Source: Octopus sinensis (lineage: Eukaryota). Taken from it: a DNA stretch of 64,000 nucleotides. A model generated the notes under the pieces. That model saw only the letters and a list, made by a program, of their open reading frames with translations. It searched no databases and was not told the origin of the DNA. Where the stretch lies: NCBI RefSeq assembly GCF_006345805.1, contig NC_043004.1, forward strand, positions 48,670,001 through 48,734,000. Reading direction: 5' to 3'. Both the position numbers and the translations under genes were made by a program. Of this stretch, positions 1 through 11,627 are shown one piece after another; the first letter of the stretch is position 1; each line of letters begins with the position of its first letter.

Positions 1-87
1 AGAGTGCACTGGAAAGAGTTTCCTGAAGGGATTAAAGAAACATTACTAATTCATTTTTCTTCAAAATACTTTAATAATTTAATTTTT

Positions 88-372
88 ATTTGTTTCAGTC
101 ATTAGATTATAGCCATGCTGGGGCATCATCTCAATGAATTTTTTTTAGTCAAATGAGCCAACCCCAGTACTTTTTTAAGCCTGATACTTATTTTATCAAT
201 ATCTTTTATCGAACCACTAAGTTACAGTGGTGGAGAACAAACACACACACACAACAGGCTTCTTTCAGTTTCTGTCCACCAAATCCACTCACAAGACCTC
301 AGTCAGCTCGAGGTCATAGTAGAAGACATTTTCCCAAGCTGCAGTGGGACTGAACCTGGAACCACACAGCCA
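88..372 (-). mobile_element. tRNA-derived SINE, family A (internally deleted copy)
   Basis: Same blocks as the near-intact copies at 11140, 18242, 28718 and 31115 (ttcagtcatt...ccatgctg, gcttctttcagtttc..tccaccaaatccactcacaag, gggactgaacc). Confidence 0.75.
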
Positions 373-796
373 CACCTGAATTAATTTATCAATGTCAAAT
401 CACAGACTATATTTCTGTCAATTAAGGAAAATTTATTAGATCAGTGGTTCTCAAACTGACCAGCACACCACCACTACTACAAAGAAAAGAAAAAAAGAAA
501 AATAGTTCCCTACTCTTTTAATGAGACGACAAAATGGAGCTAACATCCATAGAATTCTTTCCTTGCAACAGTGCTGGATATCTATACAAAGTTTAAAACT
601 CTAATTTTATTGAACCTGGCTGTTTTCACTTTCTGTCAATCTCTGAAGTTCTCTCCTCATGAGAAATATTGGTATAAATCAAATATAGAATAAAGCGAGC
701 AGAGAGGCCAAATATAGAGTGTGTGGATACTGGATAGACCAAAGATAATGTAGCAGACATTACATAGACCAAATATAGAGTATGTGAACATTGGAT

Positions 797-1108
797 ATGG
801 CTCAGTGGTTAGAGTGTCGAGCTTACGATCGTGAGGTTGTGAGCTCGAATCTCGGACCGGGCTGCGTGTTGTGTTCTTGAGCAAGACACTTTATTTCATG
901 TTGCTCCAGTTCACTCAACTGTAGAAATGAGTTGCGACATCACGGGTGCCATGCTATATCAGCTGATGCCTTTCCCCTGGATAACACTGGTGTCGTGGAG
1001 AGGGGAGGCCGGTATGCATGGGCGACTGCTGGTCTTCTATAAACAACCTTGCTCGGACTTGTGCCTTGGAAGGTAACTTTCTAGGTGCAATCCCATGGTC
1101 AGTGCCGA
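797..1108 (+). mobile_element. tRNA-derived SINE, family C
   Basis: A-box TGGCTCAGTGGTTAG and B-box-like GCTCGAATCTC head; body shared with copies at 1572, 17300, 22935 and 34678; flanked by a ttggata duplication. Confidence 0.8.
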
Positions 1109-1571
1109 ACGTTGGATAGACCAAATATTGTGTAAACACTAAATAAATGTAGGTGGATATGGACAGACAAAATATAGGGTTGATACTAAACAGAGTATTT
1201 ATAGTGTGGATACAGGATGGTGTAAATATTAAATGTAGACATTAAATAAACCCAATACATAGTATGTGGATACTACTGAATAAAGATGTGTATATGTTGT
1301 ACACTAAATATAATGTGTACACCTTGGACACCAAATAAACAAAATGTAAAACATTGAAAGATTTAACTTCTTGCTTGTCCAAAGCATTTCCATTGGTCTG
1401 TCCTAGACATCCATGTTTGTTCTCAGACTTTTAGCTTGCCCTTGTTTCATATGTTCTGAGTGATATAAAGCATTTTTTTTCAATAAGTCCCAATTTACAC
1501 CGGTGATTGAAAGAATTGAGAATGCATGGATATGTCAGGGAAATATGTCCTGTGTATCTCATGTCATGAAG

Positions 1572-1905
1572 GTGCATGGCTCAGTGTTTAGAACGTTGGG
1601 CTCACAATCATGAGGTAGTGGTTTCGATTCCTGGGCTCGGCTATATGTTGTGCTTTTCAGCAAGACAGTTTATTTCATATTGCTCCAGTTCACTCAGCTG
1701 TAGAAATGAGTTTGCAACGTCACTGATGTTAAGCCATATCACCTCTTGCCTTTCCCTTGGATAACACCGGTAGTGTGGAGTGGGGGGGGGGCAGTATGCA
1801 TGGCTAACTGCTGGTCTTCCACAAACAACTTATACTAGACTTGTGCCTCGAAGGGTAACTTTCTAGGTGCAGCCTCATGGTCATTCATGACTGAAGGGGT
1901 TCTTT
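1572..1905 (+). mobile_element. tRNA-derived SINE, family C
   Basis: tggctcagtgtttag...gtttcgattcc head; body ttgctccagttcactcagctgtagaaatgag...ctaggtgca matches the copy at 797. Confidence 0.8.
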
Positions 1906-1924
1906 TTGTCTTTTATTTTAATCT

Positions 1925-2262
1925 TTTTATTTGTTTCAGTCATTGGACTGTGGCCATGCTGGGACACCTCCTTGAAGGGTTTATTTGAACAAATCATCCC
2001 CAATATTTATTTGTAAGCCTAGTACTTAGTCTATTGGTCTCTTTTGTCAAACAGTTAAGTTACGGGGACATAACCAAATCAACACTGGTTTTCAAATGAT
2101 GGTGGGAGTACAAACATAAGCATAAGGACACTCACACCCAATAAACAGGCTTCTTTCAGTTTTCATCTTCCAAATCCACTCTCAAGGGTTTGGTTTGCCC
2201 AAGGTGCTACGTAGTGGAACCAAATCCAAAACTGTGCAGTTGCAAAGCAACCTTTCTTAACC
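1925..2262 (-). mobile_element. SINE family A, diverged
   Basis: ttgtttcagtcattggactgtggccatgctgg ... ggcttctttcagttt ... gtggaaccaaatcc matches the family A blocks. Confidence 0.7.
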
Positions 2263-2291
2263 ATGCAGACATGTCTGCACCTATATATATC

Positions 2292-2524
2292 TTTCATCTT
2301 AATCGAAGGAGAGGGGCTTTCTTCGTCCAGGTTGCGGATCCGTGGAATAAGCTGCCGGACGAGATAGTGAGGATGCCGACGACCGCTCAGTTCAAAGTCT
2401 CTCTTGACCAGAAATGGCCTGAACTCTTTGCATGAACACCACCCTGTACATAACTCCATGTCCCCCTACATGGCCTTGCTTTTTGCTTTTTGAGCCAAAA
2501 AACTAACTTAACTTAACTTAACTT
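2292..2524 (+). mobile_element. CR1-clade LINE 3' end (5'-truncated)
   Basis: Encodes HLNRRRGAFFVQVADPWNKLPDEIVRMPTTAQFKVSLDQKWPELFA*, the CR1/L2 ORF2 C-terminal R..FF..RV...WN.LP...V......FK..LD motif, then a 3'UTR and (AACTT)n tail; near-identical copy at 14312. Confidence 0.85.
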
Positions 2525-2719
2525 TCTCTATATAGATTGATTGATAGATAAATATATTCCTCTTACACTGTCCATTTATTTCTCACATTACTTACATCAT
2601 CTCCCCCATTACTGACACTGATTTTTTCCCCCACCATGTCCCCTCTCCTATTCTCCCCACATTTCATTTATTCCATTTTACTTTCACAATTTTGTGAGAG
2701 CCAATTCATGACCCATTTT

Positions 2720-3510
2720 CTCTTTCTCTCTCCCCAGAAAGGAGCAAGTGTCCAAAACAATGGAATTTTTCAATTTATATCAAATCAACTCACTGCAATT
2801 TATTTTCAAGATACCATGGTATGATGTGAAGGAGATTTGATTGCTATTTCTAACAGGTCCAGCATCCACAAAGGCTCACTTATTGGTTTGTGATGTAATT
2901 CTTTTCATTCTGTATATTAGTTAAGACTACATATGACAGAATGTAGAGAACTAAAGCAGATGTCTTCCTATATCTAATGGGATACATCTTGGTTTGAGTT
3001 TCAAATTTTATCCTCACAAAACCCTCTCACCACAACCGACATATTGTCAACTGATTGTCAATTGATGCCTTACTTTCTCTCTTTCTCTCTCTCCCCCCTC
3101 TCTCTCCCTCTCTAAAGAGAGGCAAGTGTCTGAAACAATGGAATTTCTTACTGTTTATATGTAGTCAACTCACTGCAATTTGTTTTCAAGACACCATGGT
3201 ATGATTTAAGGGAGATTTGATTGCTATTTCTAACAGGTCCAGCATCCACAAAGGCTAACTCAATGGCTTGTGGTGTAATTCTTTTCATTAGTTAAGCCCA
3301 GTGCTGGATTTAGGGCAAATGAGGCCCTGTGCTAGTTAGGTTAATAGGGCCCTTACTTGTTGGTCAACAGAGCCGTGTGCACACCTAAGCACAGTGGTAA
3401 ATCTGGCACTGGTTAAGACTACATATGACAGAATGTAGAGCGCTAAAGTAGATGTCTTCCTATATGTAATGATGATATGTAATGGCTTGAGTTTCAAATT
3501 TTATCCTCAC
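2720..3510. repeat. Tandem direct duplication of a roughly 350-400 bp block (2720-3070 vs 3100-3510)
   Basis: Shared caagtgtc..aaacaatggaatt...accatggtatg...ctaacaggtccagcatccacaaaggct...gttaagactacatatgacagaatgtagag...ttgagtttcaaattttatcctcacaaaacc. Confidence 0.8.
3299..3411. mobile_element. hAT-like MITE
   Basis: TIRs CAGTGCTGGATTTA / TAAATCTGGCACTG; 8-bp TSD gttaagcc/gttaagac; empty site gttaagac at 2920-2927 in the duplicated block. Confidence 0.8.
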
Positions 3511-3693
3511 AAAACCTTCCCATCACAGCCCACACAATGGCTTCACAGTCAGCACTCAAATGGTAATTGTGTGGATTACAGTAATATGATTTAGGATCGT
3601 AGTTTTTAGAGCTGTGATGATGATAAATTGTGAAATAGTTGTGTGGGTTGTGCTAATGGTAATTTGAGAGATAATTGAATGGATTGTGGCATA

Positions 3694-4099
3694 GGCATGG
3701 CTGTGTGGTAAGAAGCTTGCTTCTCAACCATATGGTTTCGGGTTCAGTTCCACTGCATGGCACCATGGGTAAATGTCTTCTACTATAGCCTCAGGCCGAC
3801 CAAAGCCTTGGGAGTGGATTTGGTAGATGGAAACTGAAAGAAGCTTCTCATGTATATGTACATATTTATGTGTGTGTGTCTTTGTGTCTGTGTTTTTCCC
3901 CCCATCATCGCTTGACAACTGATGTTGGTGTATTTACATCCCCATAACTTAGCAGTTTAGCAAGGGATACTGACAGAATAAGTACTAGGCTTACAAAGAA
4001 TGAGTCCTGGGGCTTGGTTTCTTTGACTAAAAACTCTTTAAGGCAGTGCTCCAGCATGGTCATAGTCAAATGACTGAAACAAGTAAAAGAATAAAAGAA
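3694..4099 (+). mobile_element. SINE family A
   Basis: catggctgtgtggtaagaagc...ggttcagttcc head, central (GT)n, tail gactgaaacaagtaaaagaataaaagaat. Confidence 0.8.
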
Positions 4100-4404
4100 T
4101 AGGGAATTGTGAGTTAGCCGTGTGGGCTATCGTGATGGTAAGTTGTGAAGCTATTGTATGGTTTAAAAGTGATGGTAAATTGTGAAGTAGTTGAATGGGT
4201 TATAGTAATGGTGTAGTGTGAAGTAGATGGGTAGTTTTATGGTGATGATGAATTATGAGGTAGTTGTATAGGCTGCGGTAATGGTGAATTATGAGGTGAC
4301 TATGTAGTTTGTGGTGATAGTGAGTTGTGAGGGGTTCTATTGTTTATGGTGATTGTAAATTACGAGGTAGTTGTGTGAATTGTAATAAGGAAGTAAAGTT
4401 ACCT

Positions 4405-4890
4405 TCTTGAGTAATACCAACTCATGAGGGCCAGTTTGCCAGTTTCCTGGTTTCGTGGCATATAAATTTCCCATGTAGATAGGATGCCAGTCCATCGGAG
4501 GATCAGTCATTTTTGCCAGCTGAGTGGACTGGAAAAATTTGTGAAATGAAGTGTTTTGTTCAAGAACACAACACATTACCCGGTCCAGGAATCGAAACCA
4601 CAATCTTACGATCATGAGTCCAATACTAAGCCATGCACCTCCACAAAAGGCAAATTTACCTTCTTGAGTCATACCAACTCATAAGGGAGAGGTTTTCCAG
4701 TTTCGTGGCATTCATATTCCCCATCTGGATGGGATGCCAGTTCATTGCAGGATTACTCATTTTTGCCAGCTGAGTGGACTGGAGCAGATATGAAATGAAG
4801 TGTTTTGCTCAAGATCACAGTCCAGGAACCCTATCCAGGAATTGAAACCATGATCTTATGATCGTAACCAGTAAGCCATACACCTACACT
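4405..4890 (-). mobile_element. Two tandem tRNA-derived SINEs, family E
   Basis: Twice: ccaactcat.agg...ggatgccagt...tttttgccagctgagtggactgga...gtgttttg.tcaaga...ggaat.gaaacca. Confidence 0.7.
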
Positions 4891-5149
4891 GTGGTTTGTA
4901 ATTATTGTCTGTTGCTAACAAGCCATTGTAGTTGATAATCTGATGATTATGATCCACATAAAAATATTCAGACATTGACATTTTCCAAATAATATAAGAC
5001 CCTATTTAATCCTAGTGAAAATAACCTATCAGATACTTGCCATAATTTAAGAGGGGTCATGGATTCTAGGATGTGCATGTGTGTAATGGTTTGGTGCATG
5101 TATTTTGGGGGGAAGCACATGGTTTTGCAGTTGTATTCATGTCCATAAG

Positions 5150-5290
5150 ATTGTGGTTTTGATTCTTAGATCAAGCGATGCTTTGTATTCTTGAGCAAAA
5201 AAAACACTTCATTTCATGTTACTTCAGTCCACTCAGCTGGCAAAAATGAGTAATCCTTTGATGGACTGGCATCCTGACTCAAGATGGACA
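5150..5290 (+). mobile_element. SINE family E, partial
   Basis: gtattcttgagcaaaa..acacttcatttcatg...agtccactcagctggcaaaaatgagtaatcc; inverted relative to 4405-4890. Confidence 0.65.
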
Positions 5291-5487
5291 ATTGACCCTT
5301 TTAATATGCATTTTTACACTATAGAACAGGGTATTTGTAATGTATAGAGTATGTTATGAAGAATAGACACATTTTATTTGTAGCTTACAAGATCGTGGAT
5401 ATTCACCCATGCTTGTTACTGTCTTAGTAACTAGTGCTTAAATTTCCATTATTATGGGACACCCTATATTTGGTAATAAACTGTATA

Positions 5488-5692
5488 TGAGGGGTGCTGA
5501 AAAATTCCTGGCTTTGGGTAAAAGAAAATACAGGAGGATCAATGAATTATGATCTTTTTCAACATGTTCCCCTCTCAGATTCACACATACATTGCAGTAG
5601 TCCTTCTGTTTTTCTAAGCCCTCAGAAGGTTGGGCCTCCAACCAGACCTTTCACAATACCCTTAAAACCAGGAACTTTTCAGCATCCCCTCA
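5488..5692. mobile_element. Mariner-derived MITE
   Basis: TA-flanked TIRs TGAGGGGTGCTGAAAAATTCCTGG / CCAGGAACTTTTCAGCATCCCCTCA. Confidence 0.8.
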
Positions 5693-6389
5693 TACTTTTA
5701 GTATAAACTTAGTGAGTCTGTAGTTCTTTTATAGGGTAATGTGTGGCAAGATTAGTTGCATGCCAGACAAAATACTTTGTTATGTTTATGTTCTGAGTTC
5801 AAATTATACCCAAGTCTACTTTGTCTCTTGTCTTCCCAAAGTCAATTAAAATAAGTACCAGTAGACAAGTACTGCAGTTGATATATTCATAGCAGAGCAA
5901 GAAAATGCCTTTGCGATATTTAGTTATGTCCTTTTGAGTTCTGATTATGCCATTAAAATAAGACATCAACTCAAGTAATGGTGTTGATTTCATTGACTGT
6001 ACCAATCCCTCAAATTTTAGGCCTTGTGCCTATATCAGAAATTGATATAATCAGCAACAATAAGCTTGAAGATGATAAAGGTTGAAGTTTATTGTGTATA
6101 AATAATAGAAAAGTGAAATTATAACTCTGATATTATCTACTTTGGGTGTGACTGAAACCAGTTCTATCCTGATCTGTTGTCTCTGTCTGGTGTTAATGAA
6201 AAGATTTTCTAACACATTTTTATCAAATGCTGAATTAGTCATAAACTCCTGCATTTTCTGTCTGCTTTCTCTCTTATATCTACTGTAATCTTAATCATTC
6301 TGTCTCATCTTCTCTCTCTTTCTATTCTTTTATGTTGTGCCATTTAGTTCGAGTCTCTTAAGCCATCTCAATCCAAATTGTTTGACTTA

Positions 6390-6700
6390 ATCATCTTTCC
6401 AGCATTGTCAAGGTCTTCCAAGTGGCCTTTTCCCCATCTCTTGGATACCAGTCAGCAACTGCACTGGTCCACCTGTCTGTGAACCTTGCAAGATGTCTGG
6501 CCCAGTGGAACTTGTGCTTTCAGTCCTCTACAATCACATTGTTTATTCCATTCTTGAATTTACAACCAAAAAGCACAAGTATAGTCGTCACTAAAGTGAC
6601 TAAAGTGACTACAGGTGCTAGTCAACACCAGCATTGCTGGAAATAAGAGTCAAAACGACTCTTAGCCACAGACAAGCACTTATCTAATGACTGACAAGGG
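6390..6700 (-). pseudogene. Decayed RTE-type LINE ORF2 C-terminal fragment
   Basis: Minus strand reads KHKFHWARHLARFTDRWTSAVADWYPRDGEK, matching the RTE-like W.WAGHVAR..D.RWT....W.PR motif. Confidence 0.6.
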
Positions 6701-6769
6701 AGATAAGCTCCCTACAGCAAGCGAGATAGAGTCAGATCATCGATGATTTCATCAGTGATCCTTACTACT

Positions 6770-7640
6770 TCTAGGTATCCCCCCTAGCATTTGATGAAGT
6801 CTATTTTCTGTATATTTCTTGTATTTATTATACCTGTATATCTTCCACACATAAATACTATTTTTCCTGTTAACCTTCCTCTGATATTGCTACACCTCTT
6901 ATGTGTCCATAGCTTGCACCTATGCCTTTCCTACATATTGAGCAGGATCATCTACCTAAAGGGATTTGTGATTTATCTGCTTTCTTACTTACTAAGACTT
7001 TGGTTCTTGCTAAATTAACTCTAAGGCCCTCTTATTCTAGACCATTCTTCCACACCTGAAATTTCTTCTTTAGTTCAGGTAATGTTTCAGCTATAAGAAC
7101 AAGGTCATCGGCATAGAGTAACTCCCAGGGGAAGCCTGACTTAAATCCTTCTATTATTGCCTGGAGGATTATAATGAACAAGAGGGGGCTGAGGACTGAT
7201 CTTTGGTGAACCCTTACTTGTACCCTAAATTCAATGTTATACTTGTTGCCAACCCTCACCTTACTGACAGCATCCCAGTACATGGCTTGTACAGCTCCCA
7301 TCAACCACTTATCTATCCCTAGTTTCCACATTAACCACCTGATAAGGGAACAGGGCACCTTGTCGAAGGCTTTCTCCATGTCAACAAAACCCAAGTACAG
7401 GGGCTTATTTTTGACTTGGTACTTCTGCAGCTGCCTTACCAGGAATATAGCATCAGTGGTGCTTCTCCCTGACACAAAACCAAACTGCATCTCATCTAGA
7501 CTAACTCTCTTCCTATTTAGTCAGGCTATGACCTTCTCTGTAACTTTCATCACCTGATCCAACAATTCGATACCTTGACCCTCTCCATAACCTTGATCAC
7601 CAGATCCAGGTTGCTATGTTCATTAATGCAATCCTTACAT
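6770..7640 (-). pseudogene. RTE-clade LINE reverse transcriptase fragment
   Basis: ORF 7490-7032 has QFGFVSGRSTTDAIF, FVDMEKAFDKVP, VHQRSVLSPLLF and LLYADDLVLIA; continues past stops with LRVNLARTKVL and a Cys-rich segment. Confidence 0.92.
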
Positions 7641-8029
7641 TGCACAATTATTATTATTTCAACAATGCAAAGTAAACTCTTGTTATTATATGGTCTGGTA
7701 TACAAGGTGAAGTGGTACCTAGTGGAAACATGTAGTGTAAACATTGAAACACCATCACTATCTTTCCGAATCTTACTGGAATTTTTGATCCTCCAAAACC
7801 CACCTTTTTTGGCTGTAAATTTTGGTCTGAAATACTCGTCTTGTATGCTAGAAAATATAGTAGATACAGGAACACTGTCAATCCCACCTATACTCACATA
7901 CATGCACTGTCTCTCCCACGCGGTCATTCATGCACACATACATTTGTAATTATGCTTTTATGCAAATATATACCCCACCACATATTTATGTATACTTGCT
8001 TGACCTTTGGATTTATCCACCTCCCTCCT

Positions 8030-8100
8030 TCCACAAACATCCACACACACATACACATACACACACATGCACATACACACACATGCACACACACATAGAC
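8030..8100. repeat. (CA)n microsatellite
   Basis: cacacacac atacacatac acacac... Confidence 0.9.
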
Positions 8101-8189
8101 ACAAAGGACTGATATTTCAGATTGTTAGTAGGGAGAATTATTTTGAATTGTTACTATGATAATATTAGAAATTTTACTACAAACAAATA

Positions 8190-8640
8190 ATGTGCTGTTA
8201 TCATGGAGATAGAATGGTTTCTATAGAGACTGTAAAATTGTTGCCATGGTAATCTTATAATGATTGTAGCAAAGTTAATACTGTTGCCATGCAGATTTAG
8301 CTTTGTCACCATAGCAAAGTTAGAAGTAATGCTACAGTGAACTTGGAGCCATTACCATGGAGATATGTTGAGCCATTGCCAAGGCAAAAGTAAAAATTCT
8401 TGTCACAGAAAATTGTCAATTGTTGGAGCTGTTGCTATGGAAATCTGAGAGCTGTTGTCATGGCAAAAGTGAAAATTGTTGCCACAGAGAATTAAAAGCT
8501 GTTACTATGGAGAGTAGAACTGTTGCCATGCCAACAGCAAAAATTATGAGCAAGGAGCTTTAGAATCTGTTGCTATGAAGATGTTAGAAGCAGTAACTAT
8601 GGTGACATTAAAATTGTTGCTATGGTGACTGTTAGAAAAG
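8190..8640. repeat. Degenerate roughly 20-bp minisatellite with a tgttgc(c/t)atgg core
   Basis: About 15-20 recurrences of aaattgttgccatgg / gctgttgctatgg variants. Confidence 0.7.
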
Positions 8641-8989
8641 TCATTTATCACAATAAACTGCTTTCTATGTTAAAAGACATTGATTCCAGTGAAGAGTTCC
8701 TCATAGAAATTGCCAGAATAAATAAATTTTGTCTCCTCACCAAAAATTGTATTTATCTGTTTCAGAATTGAAATTTCTCAAAGCAAAGCAAAAAAAAAAA
8801 TTATTTGAACAGCAATAAAAATATTTAGAAATATCATTTTGTAAATTGTTCATGCTTGAGTAGAGACTGATGTTATGATTTAGGATGGGGCTACAGAGAG
8901 GGCTGGATGTTGGGATTGGAAAGGAAGACAGTAACTTGTTCTGTAGAACTTTGGTATGTTTCATGTAGCAAACATCTCTTTTTCTATTT

Positions 8990-9113
8990 CAATTCCATTT
9001 TTAATCATCACCATCATCATCATAATTGTTATCACGATTTCTCGCGGAACCCCTTTCATCATCACAGTTGTTGTCGTCATTATCATTGTCATTTTCACCA
9101 CCACACCACCACC

Positions 9114-9144
<31 letters not shown>

Positions 9145-9590
9145 CCACCGGCCACACCAGCCCTACCTCCTCCTCCACCACCACCACCACCACCACCGTT
9201 ATTATTACCAATTGCAGCACCACCTTCACTACCTCCACCAACACCACCGTCACCACCACCAACACTACTACCATCATCATCAGTAGCAACAGCAGCATTA
9301 CCACCTCCACTGCAACCATCCTCTTCATCAGCAATATCATTGTTGTCGTCACCATCTTCATCTCTACTATCATCAACATCGCCTTTGTTATTGTCATCAT
9401 GATCGTGATTTTTATTATTATTAATGGCGTTATTGTTATCATCACCACCAGCATCAACATCATTGTCAACAACTATCACCATCAGAATCATCATCATCAT
9501 TATTATTACCTCCACTGCAGTTACCATCATCATCAACACTGCAACAACCTTTACTACCACAACCTCCTCCACCACCATCATCACCACCTA
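8990..9590. repeat. (CAC/CAT/ATT)n trinucleotide low-complexity tract
   Basis: Runs of caccaccac and catcatcat; all six frames give homopolymeric peptides. Confidence 0.9.
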
Positions 9591-9820
9591 TTTCTTTACT
9601 ACCCACAAGGGGCTAAACTCAGAGAGGACTAACAAGGACAGACAAACGGATTAAGTCGATTATATCGACCCCAGTGCGTAACTGGTACTTATTTAATCGA
9701 CTCCGAAAGGATGGAAGGCAAAGTCGACCTTGGCGGAATTTGAACTCAGAACGTAGCGGCAGCCGAAATACCGCTAAGCATTCCGGCTAGCGTGCTAATG
9801 ATTCTGCCAGCTTGCCACCA
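9590..9820 (-). mobile_element. tRNA-derived SINE, family D
   Basis: Reverse complement of ggc.agctggcagaatc.ttagcac...gagttcaaattccgcc.aggtcgactttgcctt.catcctttcgg.gtcgattaaataagtaccagt; matches 13712, 60057 and 60283. Confidence 0.8.
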
Positions 9821-10739
9821 CCACCACCACCACCAGAAAAACAATATGGGAGCTTCTATGTAATCACTAGGTTTGCTAGATATAGCAGCTGTAATCTTAT
9901 AATCTCACTCAGATCATCCTACACTCTTAAATAATTGAAGGACATTGGATAATGCTTCCTTAGATACACTATGTCTGATATATATAAAAAAAAAGACTAT
10001 TTTTGGTCAGATTGTCTTTGATCGTTGTTCTGCTAAGGTTCACCCTTCTACCTTCAGTTGGATTACTGAAACAGCCCATCATCATTGAAACCCTGTCAAC
10101 AAGCAGAGCCAACATCAAAGCATTCTGCACTTAAGGCCAATCCTACAATGTCACCTTTCTTCTCTTCTATCTCTTACAATAGCAGCTTCTTTCTCCAATT
10201 CTTCTTTTCTGGAACATCCTTCAACCATCACCCTCATTATACTAGCTGGAAAATTATCTTCATCATTACTATTATCATCATTGTTTATTATCTGCTTTTC
10301 CATTCTTGCGTATGAGTCTGATGGAATTTGTCAAGGTGGATTTTCTATGGTTGGGTGCTCATCTGTTGCCAACCCTCACCTGTTTCCAAGTAAGGTAATA
10401 TCTCCTATGACCAGACTTATTTTCATGGAAGATTAGAAACAGTGACATTTGTTTACAACCATCACATGAAGCCAAGGCAAGGAGACAGTAATACACATGC
10501 ATGCATGCACGTGCGTACACATATATATATTTATTGGAGCTGCATGAAATGGCCGTAATGCACTAATACCTTGACATCCTTGTTACCTATTTACTTTTTA
10601 TTCACCTACCTTCGAGCTGTGTGGATAATACCAGACTGACTTGGTGCCTCAACTTAAGTACCTAATTCAACTGAATCTTAATTATTTCTTATATACATTC
10701 ACATATATATATATACTTACATATAAGAGACCAAAGTGT

Positions 10740-11060
10740 ACGTTCATCACTGTATATATATATATATATATATATAAAAAAAATACAAAATGGGACAAGA
10801 GCACAAAACATCCAGATAAACGTTACAAAGAAAACAAGGACGGGTCAATCAAAGTTTTCTTTCCTCAGTCGAGTTCCAGATTATTTTTGCAATTTCAGCT
10901 GGTTATGCTCGAGATTGCTCCAATCTGGCCAGCCCCAAGGAAAAGAGCATTAGATTCTTTGGAAGAAAGCAGCAAATGTATACAAAAACAAGGACGGTAA
11001 AAATACACAAATACAAAATACAGGACATGACAACAGATGTCTTTCGACTAAGGACAGATT
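10740..11060 (-). mobile_element. (TA)n-terminated dispersed repeat (Penelope-end-like family X), inverted copy
   Basis: Reverse complement of 11628-11975 and 32340-32660; abuts (TA)n. Confidence 0.7.
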
Positions 11061-11139
11061 AAATTCTCTCTTCTCTCTCCACATGATCTGTGTTCAGCCA
11101 AGCCTGACCTTTCTTGGTTCGGCCGTTGTCCTACTCTTT

Positions 11140-11540
11140 ACTCTTTTACTTGTTTCAGTCATTTGACTGCGACCATGCTGGAGCACCGCCTTTAGTCGAG
11201 CAAATCGACCCCAGAGCTTATTCTTTGTAAGCCCAGTACTTATTCTATCGGTCTCTTTTGCCGAACCGCTAAGTGATGGGGACGTAAACACACCAGCATC
11301 GGTTGTCAAGCAATGCTAGAGGGACAAACACAGACACACAAACATATACACACACATACATATATATATATATACATATATACGACAGGCTTCTTTCAGT
11401 TTCTGTCTACCAAATCCACTCACAAGGCTTTGGTCGGCCCGGGGCTATAGCAGAAGACACTTGTCCAAGATGCCATGCAGTGGAACTGAACCCAGAATCA
11501 TGTGGTTGGTTAGCAAGCTACTTACCACACAGCCACTCCT
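11140..11540 (-). mobile_element. SINE family A, young copy
   Basis: Near-identical to 28718-29112 and 31115-31495; head gtggctgtgtggtaag...gggttcagttcc on the minus strand. Confidence 0.88.
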
Positions 11541-11627
11541 GCGCCGTGCAACATATATTCTTCCCAGTGCCTGTGAAATCCTGTATCCCTGCCGTAAAGC
11601 TTTACTTCTATTTAACACATGCCAGCT

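Noticed and set aside
8660-8960. Candidate small exons on either strand (EEFLIEIARINK / GEETKFIYSGNFYEE / WGYREGWMLG)
   Set aside because: Unrecognised peptides; the trial joins gave stops or needed weak splice sites.
8907-9654. Pro/His/Thr-rich ORFs (formin- or extensin-like)
   Set aside because: All six frames are open because of CAC/CAT repeats; there is no domain content.
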